Assembly: GCF_009914755.1 (NCBI RefSeq)
Contig: NC_060925.1
Origin: the human T2T-CHM13v2.0 reference genome, Homo sapiens
Length of the DNA: 64,000 nt
Direction: 5' to 3' (one strand)
In this document: piece by piece, positions 15,023 through 32,120 of the stretch
How positions within the stretch are numbered: position 1 is the stretch's first letter
Layout of the letters: every line of letters begins with the position of its first letter
The notes under the pieces: model-generated
What the model was told of the DNA's origin: nothing
Seen by the model: only the letters and a program-made list of their open reading frames with translations
Databases searched by the model: none
Made by a program: the position numbers and the translations under genes

Positions 15023-15565
15023 TGTTACAGGAAGTCCCAATCCAGACCCCAAGAGAGGGTTCTTGGATCTCACGCAAGAAGGAATTCAGGGCAAGTCCAT
15101 AGAGTAAAGTGAAAGCAAGTTTATTAGGAAAGTAAAGGAATGAAAGAATGGCTACTCCATAGACGGAGCAGCCCTGAGGGCTGCTTTTTGCCCATGTTTA
15201 TGCTTATTTCTTGATTATGTGCTAAACAAGGGGTGGATTATTCATGCCTCCCCTTTTAGACCATATAAGGTAACTTCCTGACGTTCCCATGGCATTTGTA
15301 AACTGTCATGGCACTGGTGGGAGTGTAGCAGTGAGGACAGGTCACTCTCGTGGCCATCTTGGTTTTGGTGGGTTTTGGCATCCTTCTTTACTGCAAGCTG
15401 TTTTATCAGCAAGGTCTTTATGATGTGTATCTGGTGCTGACCTCCTATCTCATCCTGTGACTTAGAATGCCTTAACCGTCTGGGAATGCAGCCCAGTAGG
15501 TCTCAGCCTTATTTTACACATCCCCTACACAAGATGGAGTTGCTCCAGCTCAAACACCTCTGACA
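15023..15565 (-). mobile_element. MER41 (MER41A-like) ERV1 solo LTR
   Basis: TG...CA termini; minus strand begins TGTCAGAGGTGTTTGAGCTGGAGCAACTCCATCTTG (MER41 5' end); flanks CCTT/ACTT. Confidence 0.85.
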
Positions 15566-16039
15566 ACTTGATACTTATTCATAAATCCTTTTGACTCTAA
15601 CTCATATCCTACATTCTTAGCAGAGAAGCCAAAAATGTCCTAGGACACTAGTCAGTGAAAAAGGCCTTTGAAAGCCCTGGAAGCTGTTTTGCAACTCAGG
15701 ACCCTCTCTTCTCCACTGGTAGATGTTCTCTCCCCAAGATCCCTTTCCCTATCCTTCACGCATCCAGACAGAGAAAGCCTGTATTGAGCACCCACTATGT
15801 GCCAAGCACTGGGCTAGGTGCCGAGAGATATGAATGGAGAATGGAGACTTTACAGGGAGGGGAGAGCTGAAGTGTGCACCCAGATGTGGGAGAGGAGACT
15901 GGCACAGGAAGAGCACCGGGAGTTCAGACAGGGAGAGAACTCCATTGTGGGGATCAGAGAAGGCTTACATGGGAGATGACAGGCTAATGAGCTGGGCCAT
16001 AAAGGGTGGTTAGGCTCATAATGTATGGAGATGGACAGC

Positions 16040-16585
16040 ATTCTGGTTACCTATTGCTCTGCAACAAACCACCCCAAACTTGGTAGTGTAACAGAGCGGT
16101 CATTTGTTTTTCTCTCTCATGGTTTTAGGGTTTTCCCAAGCTCAGCCGATTGTTCTTGCTGGGATCTCTCCTGTGATTACAGTCAAATGAGAGCTGGCTG
16201 GATTCTTCACTGAGTCTCCCTTACTCCTGTGGCTGGAGGCTGATGCTGGCTGTCAGCTGGGACCTCAGCTGAGGCTGTTAGCCAGAACCCCTACATGTGG
16301 TCTCTCCATGGGGCCTGGACTCTCTCACAGCATGGTGGCTGGTTGCAAGGAGAAGCATCCCAAGAGATAGCAGGAGAAAGTTGTCTTGCCTTTTGAAAAC
16401 TGGCTTCGCAAGGCCCATAGCAGATCTTCCCCTGTGCTCCACTAGTTGAGACAGTCACGAAGCCCCACCCAGTTTCAAAGAAGGGGACAGAGACTCCATT
16501 TCCTGATGTGTGAGTGGCAAGGTTCTGGAAGAGTATGTGGAATGGAAAGCATTATTGCAACCATTTGGGGAAAATACAACTTGCT
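16040..16585 (-). mobile_element. MLT1 (MaLR) LTR, old
   Basis: ATTGCTCTGCAACAAACCACCCCAAACT and CATGGTGGCTGG...CCCAAGAG blocks typical of MLT1F/G-type LTRs. Confidence 0.7.
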
Positions 16586-17064
16586 GCTGGCAGGAAGGTC
16601 ATTTCAGGCAGAGATCTTCATTGATGGTACCTTCAGAAATGCATTTTTAGGAAAGAAAGTGGTTTTTACAGACTTGGCATTGCTAAGGGAAAACATAAGG
16701 TTTTAGAAGTATTTACTGAGCCATCTTCACCAAGACTTATGAGAAACATTTCTTCGAAGAGAAGATGCTGAGGAAGAGGAAGATGACTTTTGAAGTGGAC
16801 TCCAAGGGGCAGACAGGAGGCTGGGATGGATGGCAGCTCACAGCTGGCAAAGGCAGTGGACTAGCAATCATGGGTGAAGGCCTACCAAGACTGATTCTTA
16901 GAGGGGGGAGAATTGACTTTGTGTTCTTATAGCAAGTGACCAGGAATAACCAGATGCTGTGTCCAAGCTGAGTCCTCAAAAACAGTAGTAGGCAGGGGCC
17001 AAACCAGAAAGCAACAGTTAACAAAAACTGTATTGTAGCAAGAGAGATAAGATAAGCACACAAG

Positions 17065-17790
17065 TGTAACCACCCAACGGGTTCACCTTGTCTGCTGCCT
17101 AGACAGAGCCGATTTATCAAGACAGGAGAATAGCAATGGAGAAAGAGTAATTCACGCAGACCCGGCTGTGCAGGAGACTGGAGTTTTATTATTACTCAAA
17201 TCAGTCTCTCCGAGCATTCGGGGATCAGAGTTTTAATTTGGCAAGTAGGGGCTTGGGAAGTGGGGAGTGCTAATTGCTCAGGTTGGAGATGGAATCATAG
17301 AGGGTCGAAGTGAGTTTTTTGTGCTATTTTCTGTTCCTGGGTGGGATGGCAGAACTGGTTGAGCCAGATTACAGTTCTGGGTTGTGTCAGCTGATCCACC
17401 CAGAGTGTAGGGTCTGCAAGATATCTCAAGCACTGATCTTAGGTTTTACAACAGTAGTGTTATCCCTAGGAACAATTTAAGGAGGTTCAGATTCTTCAAG
17501 CCAGAGACTGCGTGACCCCTAAACTGTAATTTCGAATCTTGTAGCTAATTTGTTAGCCCTGCAAAGGCAGACTGGTCCCCAGGCAGGAAGAGGGTCTTTT
17601 TGGGAAAGGTCTATTATTAATTTTGTTTTAGAGTCAAATCATGAACTGAATTCCTTCAGGGCAAAGTTATTTCCACCTATGCCCAGGAATGAACAAGGAC
17701 AGCTTAAAGGTTAGAAGCAAAATGGTTAGGTAGGTCTGATTTCTTTACTGTCATAATTTCCTCAGTTATAATTTTGCAAAGGCAGTTTCA
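17065..17790 (-). mobile_element. LTR8 solo LTR (ERV1)
   Basis: Minus strand TGAAACTGCCTTTGCAAAATTATAACTGAGG...GGTGGTTACA; perfect 4-bp TSD CAAG (17061-17064 / 17791-17794). Confidence 0.88.
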
Positions 17791-18529
17791 CAAGCAACCA
17801 CAAGGCATAACAGCTATCATTTGGGGGTAATACAGGGAAGCAGGGAGCAGTCATCATGCATGAGCAAGAGCTGGGTCAGAGATAAGACACAGCCCCAGGT
17901 TAGAAGGCAGCTTCACAGAGATGAATAGGGAGTGAGATCAAGGACCACAGCAGAGGTTGACAGCCCAAGGCCCTTGATGGCACTATGACCTGAATGTCCA
18001 GGATCTTCCATGTCAACCACCAACTTTATAGGAAAGGGTGCACGAGCCAGGAATAATGGTGGTCAAGCTTGGCTGTGTGGGAAATAGGGAGTTTGCCTGC
18101 CTGGCAGCTGCTGAGTGTCTCAGTAGTGAGCTTCCAGCTACACAATATCTGGACCCTGAGACCCAAAGAGGAAGGAGACTTTGGCTTCCTTTACTATGGG
18201 CATTCTGTGACCCACCCTGGCAATGAGAAGGACTAAAGAACTACAAGATATTAAATCTACCTTATGTTTTTCACTTGCTTATGAGCACTGGAGCTCCATC
18301 ACCTGAGCCCCCACTAAGTGCAGATGTATGTGACTTTAGAAAGGTTAGATTTACTCTTCATAGCTCAGGGTATAAAGAAGTGGTCCCAATAAAAGTTTCC
18401 TTTGCTACAGGGGGCTGAGGACAATCATGAGGTTGTGAACTCTTTGAGGACAGGATTAGATCTTGGTCAATATCTGTATGCTCAGTGCCTAGGGTAGCAT
18501 CTAGTTCATGCAAGGAAGGAAAGGAGAGA

Positions 18530-18585
18530 GGAAGGAAGGAAGGAAGGAAGGAAGGAAGGAAGGAAGGAAGGAAGGAAGGAAGGAA
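18530..18585 (+). repeat. (GGAA)14 microsatellite
   Basis: 14 uninterrupted GGAA units within a longer purine tract (~18512-18625). Confidence 0.95.
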
Positions 18586-18932
18586 AGAAAGGAGGGAGGG
18601 GGGGAGAGGGAGGGAGGGAGGAGAGTCAGATAATACAGAGAGGCCATACCATGAATTCTTAGTCATACCTGACCTGGCCACTCCAGGAGCGCCAGAAGAG
18701 TTGCTGGAAGCCCACATAGACATATGGTATATGATAACATTTTTTTTTAAAGAGATATAATTCACATGTCATATGATTTTCCCTTTTAAAGTGTACATTT
18801 CAATGGTTTTTGGTATATTTACAGTTTTGCAATCATCGCCACAGACCATTTTAGAACATTTTATTAACCTAATAAGAAAGCCTGTACCCATTTGCAATCA
18901 CTCCTGCTTTTTCCTGCAACATCCCTAGCAAC

Positions 18933-19942
<1,010 letters not shown>

Positions 19943-19994
19943 CAAGTACTTATCCACTTTATGTTTCTATAAATTTGCCTGTTCCCTGTTCCGA

Positions 19995-20319
19995 TTTTTT
20001 TTTTTTTTTTTTTTTTTTTGAGACAGGGCCTGGCTCTGTCACCCAGGCTGGAGCACAGTGGCGCAATCACGGCTCACTGCAGCCTCCACTTCCTGGCCTC
20101 TAGCAATCCTCCTGCCTCAGTACCCTCTACCCCCTTGCCCAGTAGCTGTGACTACTACAGGTGCAGGCCACCAAGTCTGGCTAATTTTTATGTATTTTTT
20201 GTAGAGATGGGGTTTCGCCTTGCTGCCCAGGCTGGTCTCAAACTCCTGAACTCAAGTGATCAGCCCATCTAGGCCTCCCAAACTGCTGGGACTATAGGTG
20301 TGAGCCACCGCGCCTGGCC
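19995..20319 (-). mobile_element. AluJ
   Basis: Poly(T) then Alu. Confidence 0.93.
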
Positions 20320-20386
20320 TGAACATTTCACATAAATGTAACCATACAATATGTGGTCTTTTGTGTCTAGTTTATTTTATATAACT

Positions 20387-21261
<875 letters not shown>

Positions 21262-21282
21262 CTAACGTGTATAAATACTTCA

Positions 21283-22376
<1,094 letters not shown>

Positions 22377-22740
22377 GAAAGAAAGCTGCAGAAGAGTGCA
22401 GTGAGGTGCCTCAGCATGAGAAAAGTAAGTGCGCCACGGCAGACTTTTCCTTAGGGGTATTTATGGACCTTAAAGCAGGAGCTTAGGAGTAATGTGGACC
22501 ATATTAGCCACATAGGTCATGATACGTGATTACATTTGTAGATATTTTGGTGCCTTAATGTCAGCAAGGGCTGCACAACGAGTTTCAACATGCATTTATT
22601 CAGGAGATGTACAGAAATCCTAGTTACTTAAAAAATTTTTTAAAAGCCTGGTACCAGATGCTTGCTTTAGAATAATAGGGACATCTAATTACTTCTAAAT
22701 TCCTCAGATAAGAAATGTTGCCTCTGGATGGTCAGCTTGA

Positions 22741-23085
<345 letters not shown>

Positions 23086-23108
23086 TATTTAAATCTTTTA
23101 CTTATTTT

Positions 23109-23164
23109 ATATTTAATTTTTTTCTCATGACGCAGCCCTCAGGAGATCTTGAGAACATGTGCCC
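23109..23164 (-). mobile_element. ~40-nt MER4-group LTR fragment with A-rich tail and TSD
   Basis: Minus strand GGGCACATGTTCTCAAGATCTCCTGAGGGCTGCGTCATG + A-rich tail; flanks TTTACTTATTTT / TTTACCTATTTT. Confidence 0.6.
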
Positions 23165-23180
23165 CTTTTTACCTATTTTT

Positions 23181-23480
23181 CTTTCTTTCCTTTTTTTTTT
23201 TTTTTTTTTTAAGAGACAGGGTCTCGCTCTGCCATCCAGGAGAGAGTGCAGCGGTGTGATCATAGCTCACTGTAACTTGTAACTTCTGGACTCAAGCAAT
23301 CCTCCCACCTCAGCCTTCCGAGTAGCTAGAACTACAGGTGTGTGCCCCTATGCCCAACTAATTTTTGAATTTTTTGTAGAGACGGGATCTCAATATGTTG
23401 CCTAGGCTGCTCTCAAACTGCTGGCTTCAAGCAATTCTCCTACCTCAGCTTCCCAAAGTCCTGGGATTACTATGCCTCGA
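23181..23480 (-). mobile_element. AluJ
   Basis: TSD TTTACCTATTTTT (23168-23180 / 23482-23494). Confidence 0.92.
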
Positions 23481-23538
23481 CTTTACCTATTTTTAAATTA
23501 TTTGCCTTTTTATTATTGTATAAAATTTCTTAAACTGA

Positions 23539-23957
<419 letters not shown>

Positions 23958-24564
23958 CTGTGGGACTTTCATTTTAATGGACATCTGCCTCTGGCAAAGA
24001 TGGAGTAACAGGTATCTTCCTGCTTAAAACAACAACAGAGGGCAAAATATATCAAACAACAGTTTTCAGGACACTGGAAATAGGCAATAAAGGAGAGTGG
24101 TCTATGAGAGATGAGAAACAAATGAGGCGCCCTCTGATTGTCCCAGCTTTCCATGTGAAAGAGCTTCCAAGCTGTGGCGCAGCAGAAGGAACCTAAGCAA
24201 AGCTCAGAGATTTCCTGAATTGAGAAGGAGCTGAGTCTGGAGAGATCAGAAAGTATAATAAATTAGCGGTTTCTTTCTACAGGGTCAGAAAGTAAGTTAG
24301 CAGTTGTTAGGGCTGGGGTGGGGGCACAGAAGAGTGGAGAGTGACTTGTAATGGGTACCAGGTTTCTTTCTGGGGTGATAAATGTTCTAAAATTAGACTG
24401 TGGTGATAGTTACAGAACTGTGTGAATATACTAAAAACTATTGAAATTCATTAAGTTGTATATACTAAATATGTACAGCTTTTCGCATGTCAGTTATATC
24501 CCAATTAAGTAGTTTTTTTAAATCATTGAGTTGTACATTTTCTTTTCTGTGGGGGTGGGGCAGG

Positions 24565-25018
<454 letters not shown>

Positions 25019-25403
25019 GAGTTGTATATTTTCAATAGGTGACTTGTTTGGTATGTAAAGTGTATATTAATAAAGTTGTTTTAAAAATTAAAAGTGAAAT
25101 AAAGACATGTTCAGACATGTGAAAGGGGAAATAATTCACAACAAGCAGACCCCAATATAAGAAATGTTTAAAGTAAGTCCTTAAGGCGGAAGTAAAAAGA
25201 AGGAACAGAGATAAAGATGATGTCTTATTTTTCATTGGAAACAATACAAGCAAGAAGACAGCAGAGTAACATTTTTAATTTCTTTTAAAAAATTGTCAAC
25301 AAAGAATTCTATATCTAGAAAAAATATCTTTTAGAAATAAAGAGTAGAAGAAATGGTAGCTACATGGTTAAAAAATACGATTTTAAAAAAATTATTTAAA
25401 ACT

Positions 25404-25721
<318 letters not shown>

Positions 25722-26030
25722 TTAATACTTTTAAAAAGATAGTTGACTATTTAAACAAAAATAATAAGAATGTATTTCAGGGTTTATAACATTTGGAAAA
25801 GTAAATGCATGGTTATAATAGTATAAAGGTCAGGAGGAGACAAATGGAAGCACATTATTGCAAGGTTCTTATACTATGCATGAAATGGTATAATATCACT
25901 TGAAGGTAGATTTGGGTAAGCTAAAGATAAATAGTATGAATCCTAAAGCAACCACCGAAATAACAAAACAAAGAGTTATAGCTAATAAACCAGCAAAGGA
26001 GATAAATGGAATTGTGAAAATACTCAATTA

Positions 26031-26444
<414 letters not shown>

Positions 26445-26633
26445 TCACATTAAATCTAAATGGCCTAAACACTTCATTTTAAAGGCAGAGACTATTAGAT
26501 GGATTTTTTTTTAAAGTAAGACTCAATTATTTGCTATCTACAAGAAATGAACTTTAAATATAAAATCTTTAAAAGGATAGGAAGAATATACTATGCTAAC
26601 ATTAGTCAAAAGAAGATTGGAGTTGCTGTATTA

Positions 26634-26954
<321 letters not shown>

Positions 26955-27687
26955 TCATTTCATCAAGAGGATGTAATAATCCTATGTTTATGCACTTTAA
27001 CCACCAAACAGAAGGAAAAGCTTCCACTCCCTGAAAAATGGAAACAAAACACAAAAATTATACTTAAATCTCTACTGCTAACCTCTACTGCTATTTCACA
27101 CACAGGGTACAGAATACAAATTTTGTGTGACATATGAAGAAGTAGAAAACTATGACTCATAATCACAAGACAACAAGACCATCAGGTGATCTAGTTATGA
27201 GAATCAGCAGACAAAGGCTTTAAAACAACAATTATAAGTATGCTGAAAATTTTAAAGGAAAAAAAAACACACAATAGGTAAAGAGATAAGGTATTTCAAA
27301 AGAAATGGAAATTCAAGAACGAACTAAAGGGAAATTACAAAATTGAAAAATACAGTGTATGAAGACTTACTGGATGAGCTTAACAGCAAATTAGACACTG
27401 CAGAAGAAAAAAATAAGTGAATTGAATATAAGCTAATAAAAATTATCTAAATTGAAGTGGAGAGAGGAAAAAATGGTTGAAAAAAATGAACAGAGCATTA
27501 GCAAATTGTGGGATAATAGTAAGCAGTCTAACATACATGCAATTAGAGTTCCATAAGGAAAAAAACAATAAGGCAGAAAAATATTTAAAGAAACAGTGGC
27601 TTAAAAGTTGATGAAAAATAACAATCCACAGGTCCAAAAAGTTCAACTAACCCCAAGCAGGATAAACTTTTTAAAAATCATACTTGG

Positions 27688-28140
27688 GGCCAGGCGCAGT
27701 GGCTTATGCCTGTAATCCCAGCACTTTGGGAGACCAAGGCAGGCAGCTCATTTGAGGTCAGGAATTCAAAACCAGCCTGGACAATTTGGTGAAACCCAGT
27801 CTCTACTAAAAATATAAAATTAGCCAGAGCTGGACGTGGTGGCTCACACCTGTAATCCCAGCACTTTGGGAGGCTGAAGTGGGCAGATCACCTGAGGTCA
27901 GGAGTTTGAGACTAGCATGGCCAACATGGTGAAACCCTGTCTCTACTAAAAATACAAAAATTAACCAGGAGTGGTGGTGGGTGCCTGTAATCTCAGTTAC
28001 TGGGGAGGCTAAGGCAGGAGAATCATTTGAACCCAGGAGGCAGAGGTTTCAGTGAGCCGAAATCACACCATTGCACTCCAGCCTGGGCGACTGAGTGAGA
28101 CTCTGTCTCAAAAAAAAAAAAAACGAAAAAAGAAAAAAAA
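27688..28140 (+). mobile_element. Alu left monomer plus full AluS
   Basis: TSD AAAAATCA(T/C)ACTTGG around the whole. Confidence 0.9.
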
Positions 28141-28411
28141 TCACACTTGGTACATCAGAGTAAAATTGCTGAAAACCAAAACTAAAGAGAAAATCTTAAA
28201 AGCAGCCATAGGGGGAAAAGACACATTACATGCAGGGGGTAAAATATAAATGTGAGAGTTATTTCTCATCAGAGATCATTAAGCCAAAAATCCATTAACT
28301 GGTAAATAAACAAAATGTGCTGTATTCATACAATGAAATACTACTCAGCAATAAAAAGAAAAAAAAACTACTATAGCTATACCGAAATGAACCTTAAAAA
28401 CATTATTCAAA

Positions 28412-28716
<305 letters not shown>

Positions 28717-29468
28717 TTCTAAGTGAAAAGAGCCAGATGCAAAAGACCATAAATTAGATTATTTCATTTATATTAAATATCTAGAAAAGAAAAATCTATA
28801 GAGATAGAAAGCACATTAGTGGTTGCCTGTGGCTGAGGGTGAGATTGATTACAAATGGGTAGGAAGAATTGCTTTGGGATGTTATAAATGTTCTAAAACT
28901 AGGCTGTGGTAATAGTTACACGACTCTTTAAATTTACTAAAAATCATTGAATCATACCTTTACCATGGGTGAATTTTAGGCTATGTTAATTATACCTTAA
29001 TAAAGCTATTAAAAAGGTGCTGAGACAGAAGCCACCAGTTTGGAAAGGATAAGAGAAAAACATGTAACAGAAAAAGGGCAATTGGCCACACTATAGAATT
29101 ATTATATATCCAAGAGAAAATAACCAACAATATAATTGGAAAAAGATTAGGAAATAGGAATAGAAGGCAATTCTAATCTGAACAAACTTATGAAAAGATG
29201 CTCAATCCTATTAATAGTTGGTGAAATACAAATTAAAATCATGATAATCTACAATTTCACATCCATCTGGTTGTCCAAAAAAAGGGTCTGACAATACCAG
29301 TGTTAGGATGAATATGGTAAAGTTAAAGTGTCCAGGCTCTGCGGCCATCAGTTTCACTCCTGGGTAGACTACTGGAGAAACACAAATGTACACAATAAGA
29401 TCTTTACAAGAATTTCCATAGCAGCACGGTTTGTAATCGCAAAAAAATTAGAAACAATAAAATAAATA

Positions 29469-29772
29469 GGCCAGGTGCAATGGCTCATGCCTGTAATCCC
29501 AGCACTTTGGGAGGCTGAAGCAGGCAGATCACAAGGTCAGGAGTTCTAACCAGCCTGGCCAACAAGGTGAAATCCCATCTCTACTAAATATACAAAAATT
29601 AGCCAGGCGTGGTGGTGGGCACCTGTAATCCCAGCTACTTGGGAGGCTGAGGCAGGAGAATCGCTTGAAACCGGAAGGCAGGGTTGCAGTGAGCCGAGAT
29701 TACGCCATTGCACTCCAGCCTGGGCAACAGAGTGAAATTCTATCTCAAAGAAAAATAAAATAAAATAAATAA
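29469..29772 (+). mobile_element. AluS
   Basis: Dimeric Alu. Confidence 0.93.
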
Positions 29773-30077
29773 ATTAGAATGTAGTTGTACAATGGAATAT
29801 TATACAGCAGTGAAAATGAGTAAACTAAAGCTATATGCATTAACATGGATGAACTTTACAAATTTGTTGAGTCAAAAAAGAAAATTGTAGAAGAATATAC
29901 ACAGCATGATGTTATTCATATAGTTAAAATGCAATGCATATAGAGTGTATAATATAGTAAAAAAAAAACATATGCATGGGAATAATTAACTCCAAGTTCA
30001 GAATAACGTTTCCTCTGGGGGGAGAGAAAGGAATGCAATAGAGGAGGAGCTTAAACTATATTTGTAATGCTTTATTT

Positions 30078-30378
<301 letters not shown>

Positions 30379-30415
30379 GTAATGCTTTATTTCTTAAACT
30401 CAGGGCATTTACAGA

Positions 30416-31042
30416 TGTGATGGTTAAATTTTATGTGTCAACTTGTCTGGGCCAAAAGATGCCCAGATATTTGGTAAAATATTATTCTGGATGTTTCTGT
30501 GAGGGTGTTTTTGGTTGAGATTAACATTTAAATCAGTAGAATGAGTAAAGCAAATTGCCCTCTCTAATATAGGTGGGCCTTATCCAATCAGTTGATGGCC
30601 TAAATAGAACGAGAAAGGCTGACTCTCCCCTAAGTAAAAGCGAATTCCTCTTGCCTAACTGCCTTCAAACTGGGACATTGGCTTTTTCCTGCCTTCAGAC
30701 TTGAACTGAAACACTGGTTCTTCCTGGGTCTTGAACTTGCTGGCTTTTGGATGGGAACTACATCATCAGCCCTCCTGTTTCTAAGGCCTTCAGACTTTGG
30801 ACTGGAACTAACATGCTATAGACTCTCCTAGGTCTCCAGCTTGCTGACTCACCCTGCAGATCTTGGGACTTGTCAGTTTCTACAATTGCATGAGCCAATT
30901 CCTTATAATAAATCTCTTTCTCTCTCCCTCTCTCTATTTCTCCCTCTCCCTCCCGCCTCTCTTTCCCCCTCCATCCCCTCCCTGTCTATCTATAGTGTAC
31001 ATTCTATTGATTCTGCTTTTCTGGAGAACCCTGACTAATGGA
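30416..31042 (+). mobile_element. MLT2 (ERVL) solo LTR
   Basis: TGTGATGGTTAAATTTTATGTGTCAACTTG...CTGGAGAACCCTGACTAAT; 5-bp TSD ACAGA (30411-30415 / 31043-31047). Confidence 0.85.
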
Positions 31043-31332
31043 ACAGATATGTTTGTTATATTATTCTGTATACCTTTTGCAGGCCTAAAATAGTTCATAA
31101 TAAATTTTAAAATAAATAATGAATGAATAGACGTTAAAATGTCAGATGCTATAGAGGGCAAGTAAAATGAGAACTGGAATATGTACATTAGATTAGCTAT
31201 TAAGAGGCCCATGATTGCCTTTGTAGGAGTGTTCAGAGTGGAGGCCTAATGGTGATGGGTTGTAGAGTGATAGGGGGTCTACACACAATTCATGGAGTTT
31301 AACAACAAAGTGAAAAAGAGCTCTGGGTCTAG

Positions 31333-31667
<335 letters not shown>

Positions 31668-31828
31668 CAGAGAAAAGAGTTTTAATAATGGAAACACTTC
31701 TCTGTGCTGTGGGGCTTCCATACTAATTCTGTTGGAATTATCAGAGTCCTGGTCCTCCTTTGGTCGCTATGACTATTCCAGTAGAGATTCTGGAAGACTT
31801 GAACTTCGTCTCTGTGGGTACAAAGTGA

Positions 31829-32120
<292 letters not shown>

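Noticed and set aside
15470-15500. Interferon-gamma GAS (STAT1) enhancer in the MER41 LTR
   Set aside because: The site reads GTCTGGGAA, not TTCNNNGAA; I did not see the tandem GAS motifs associated with MER41B.
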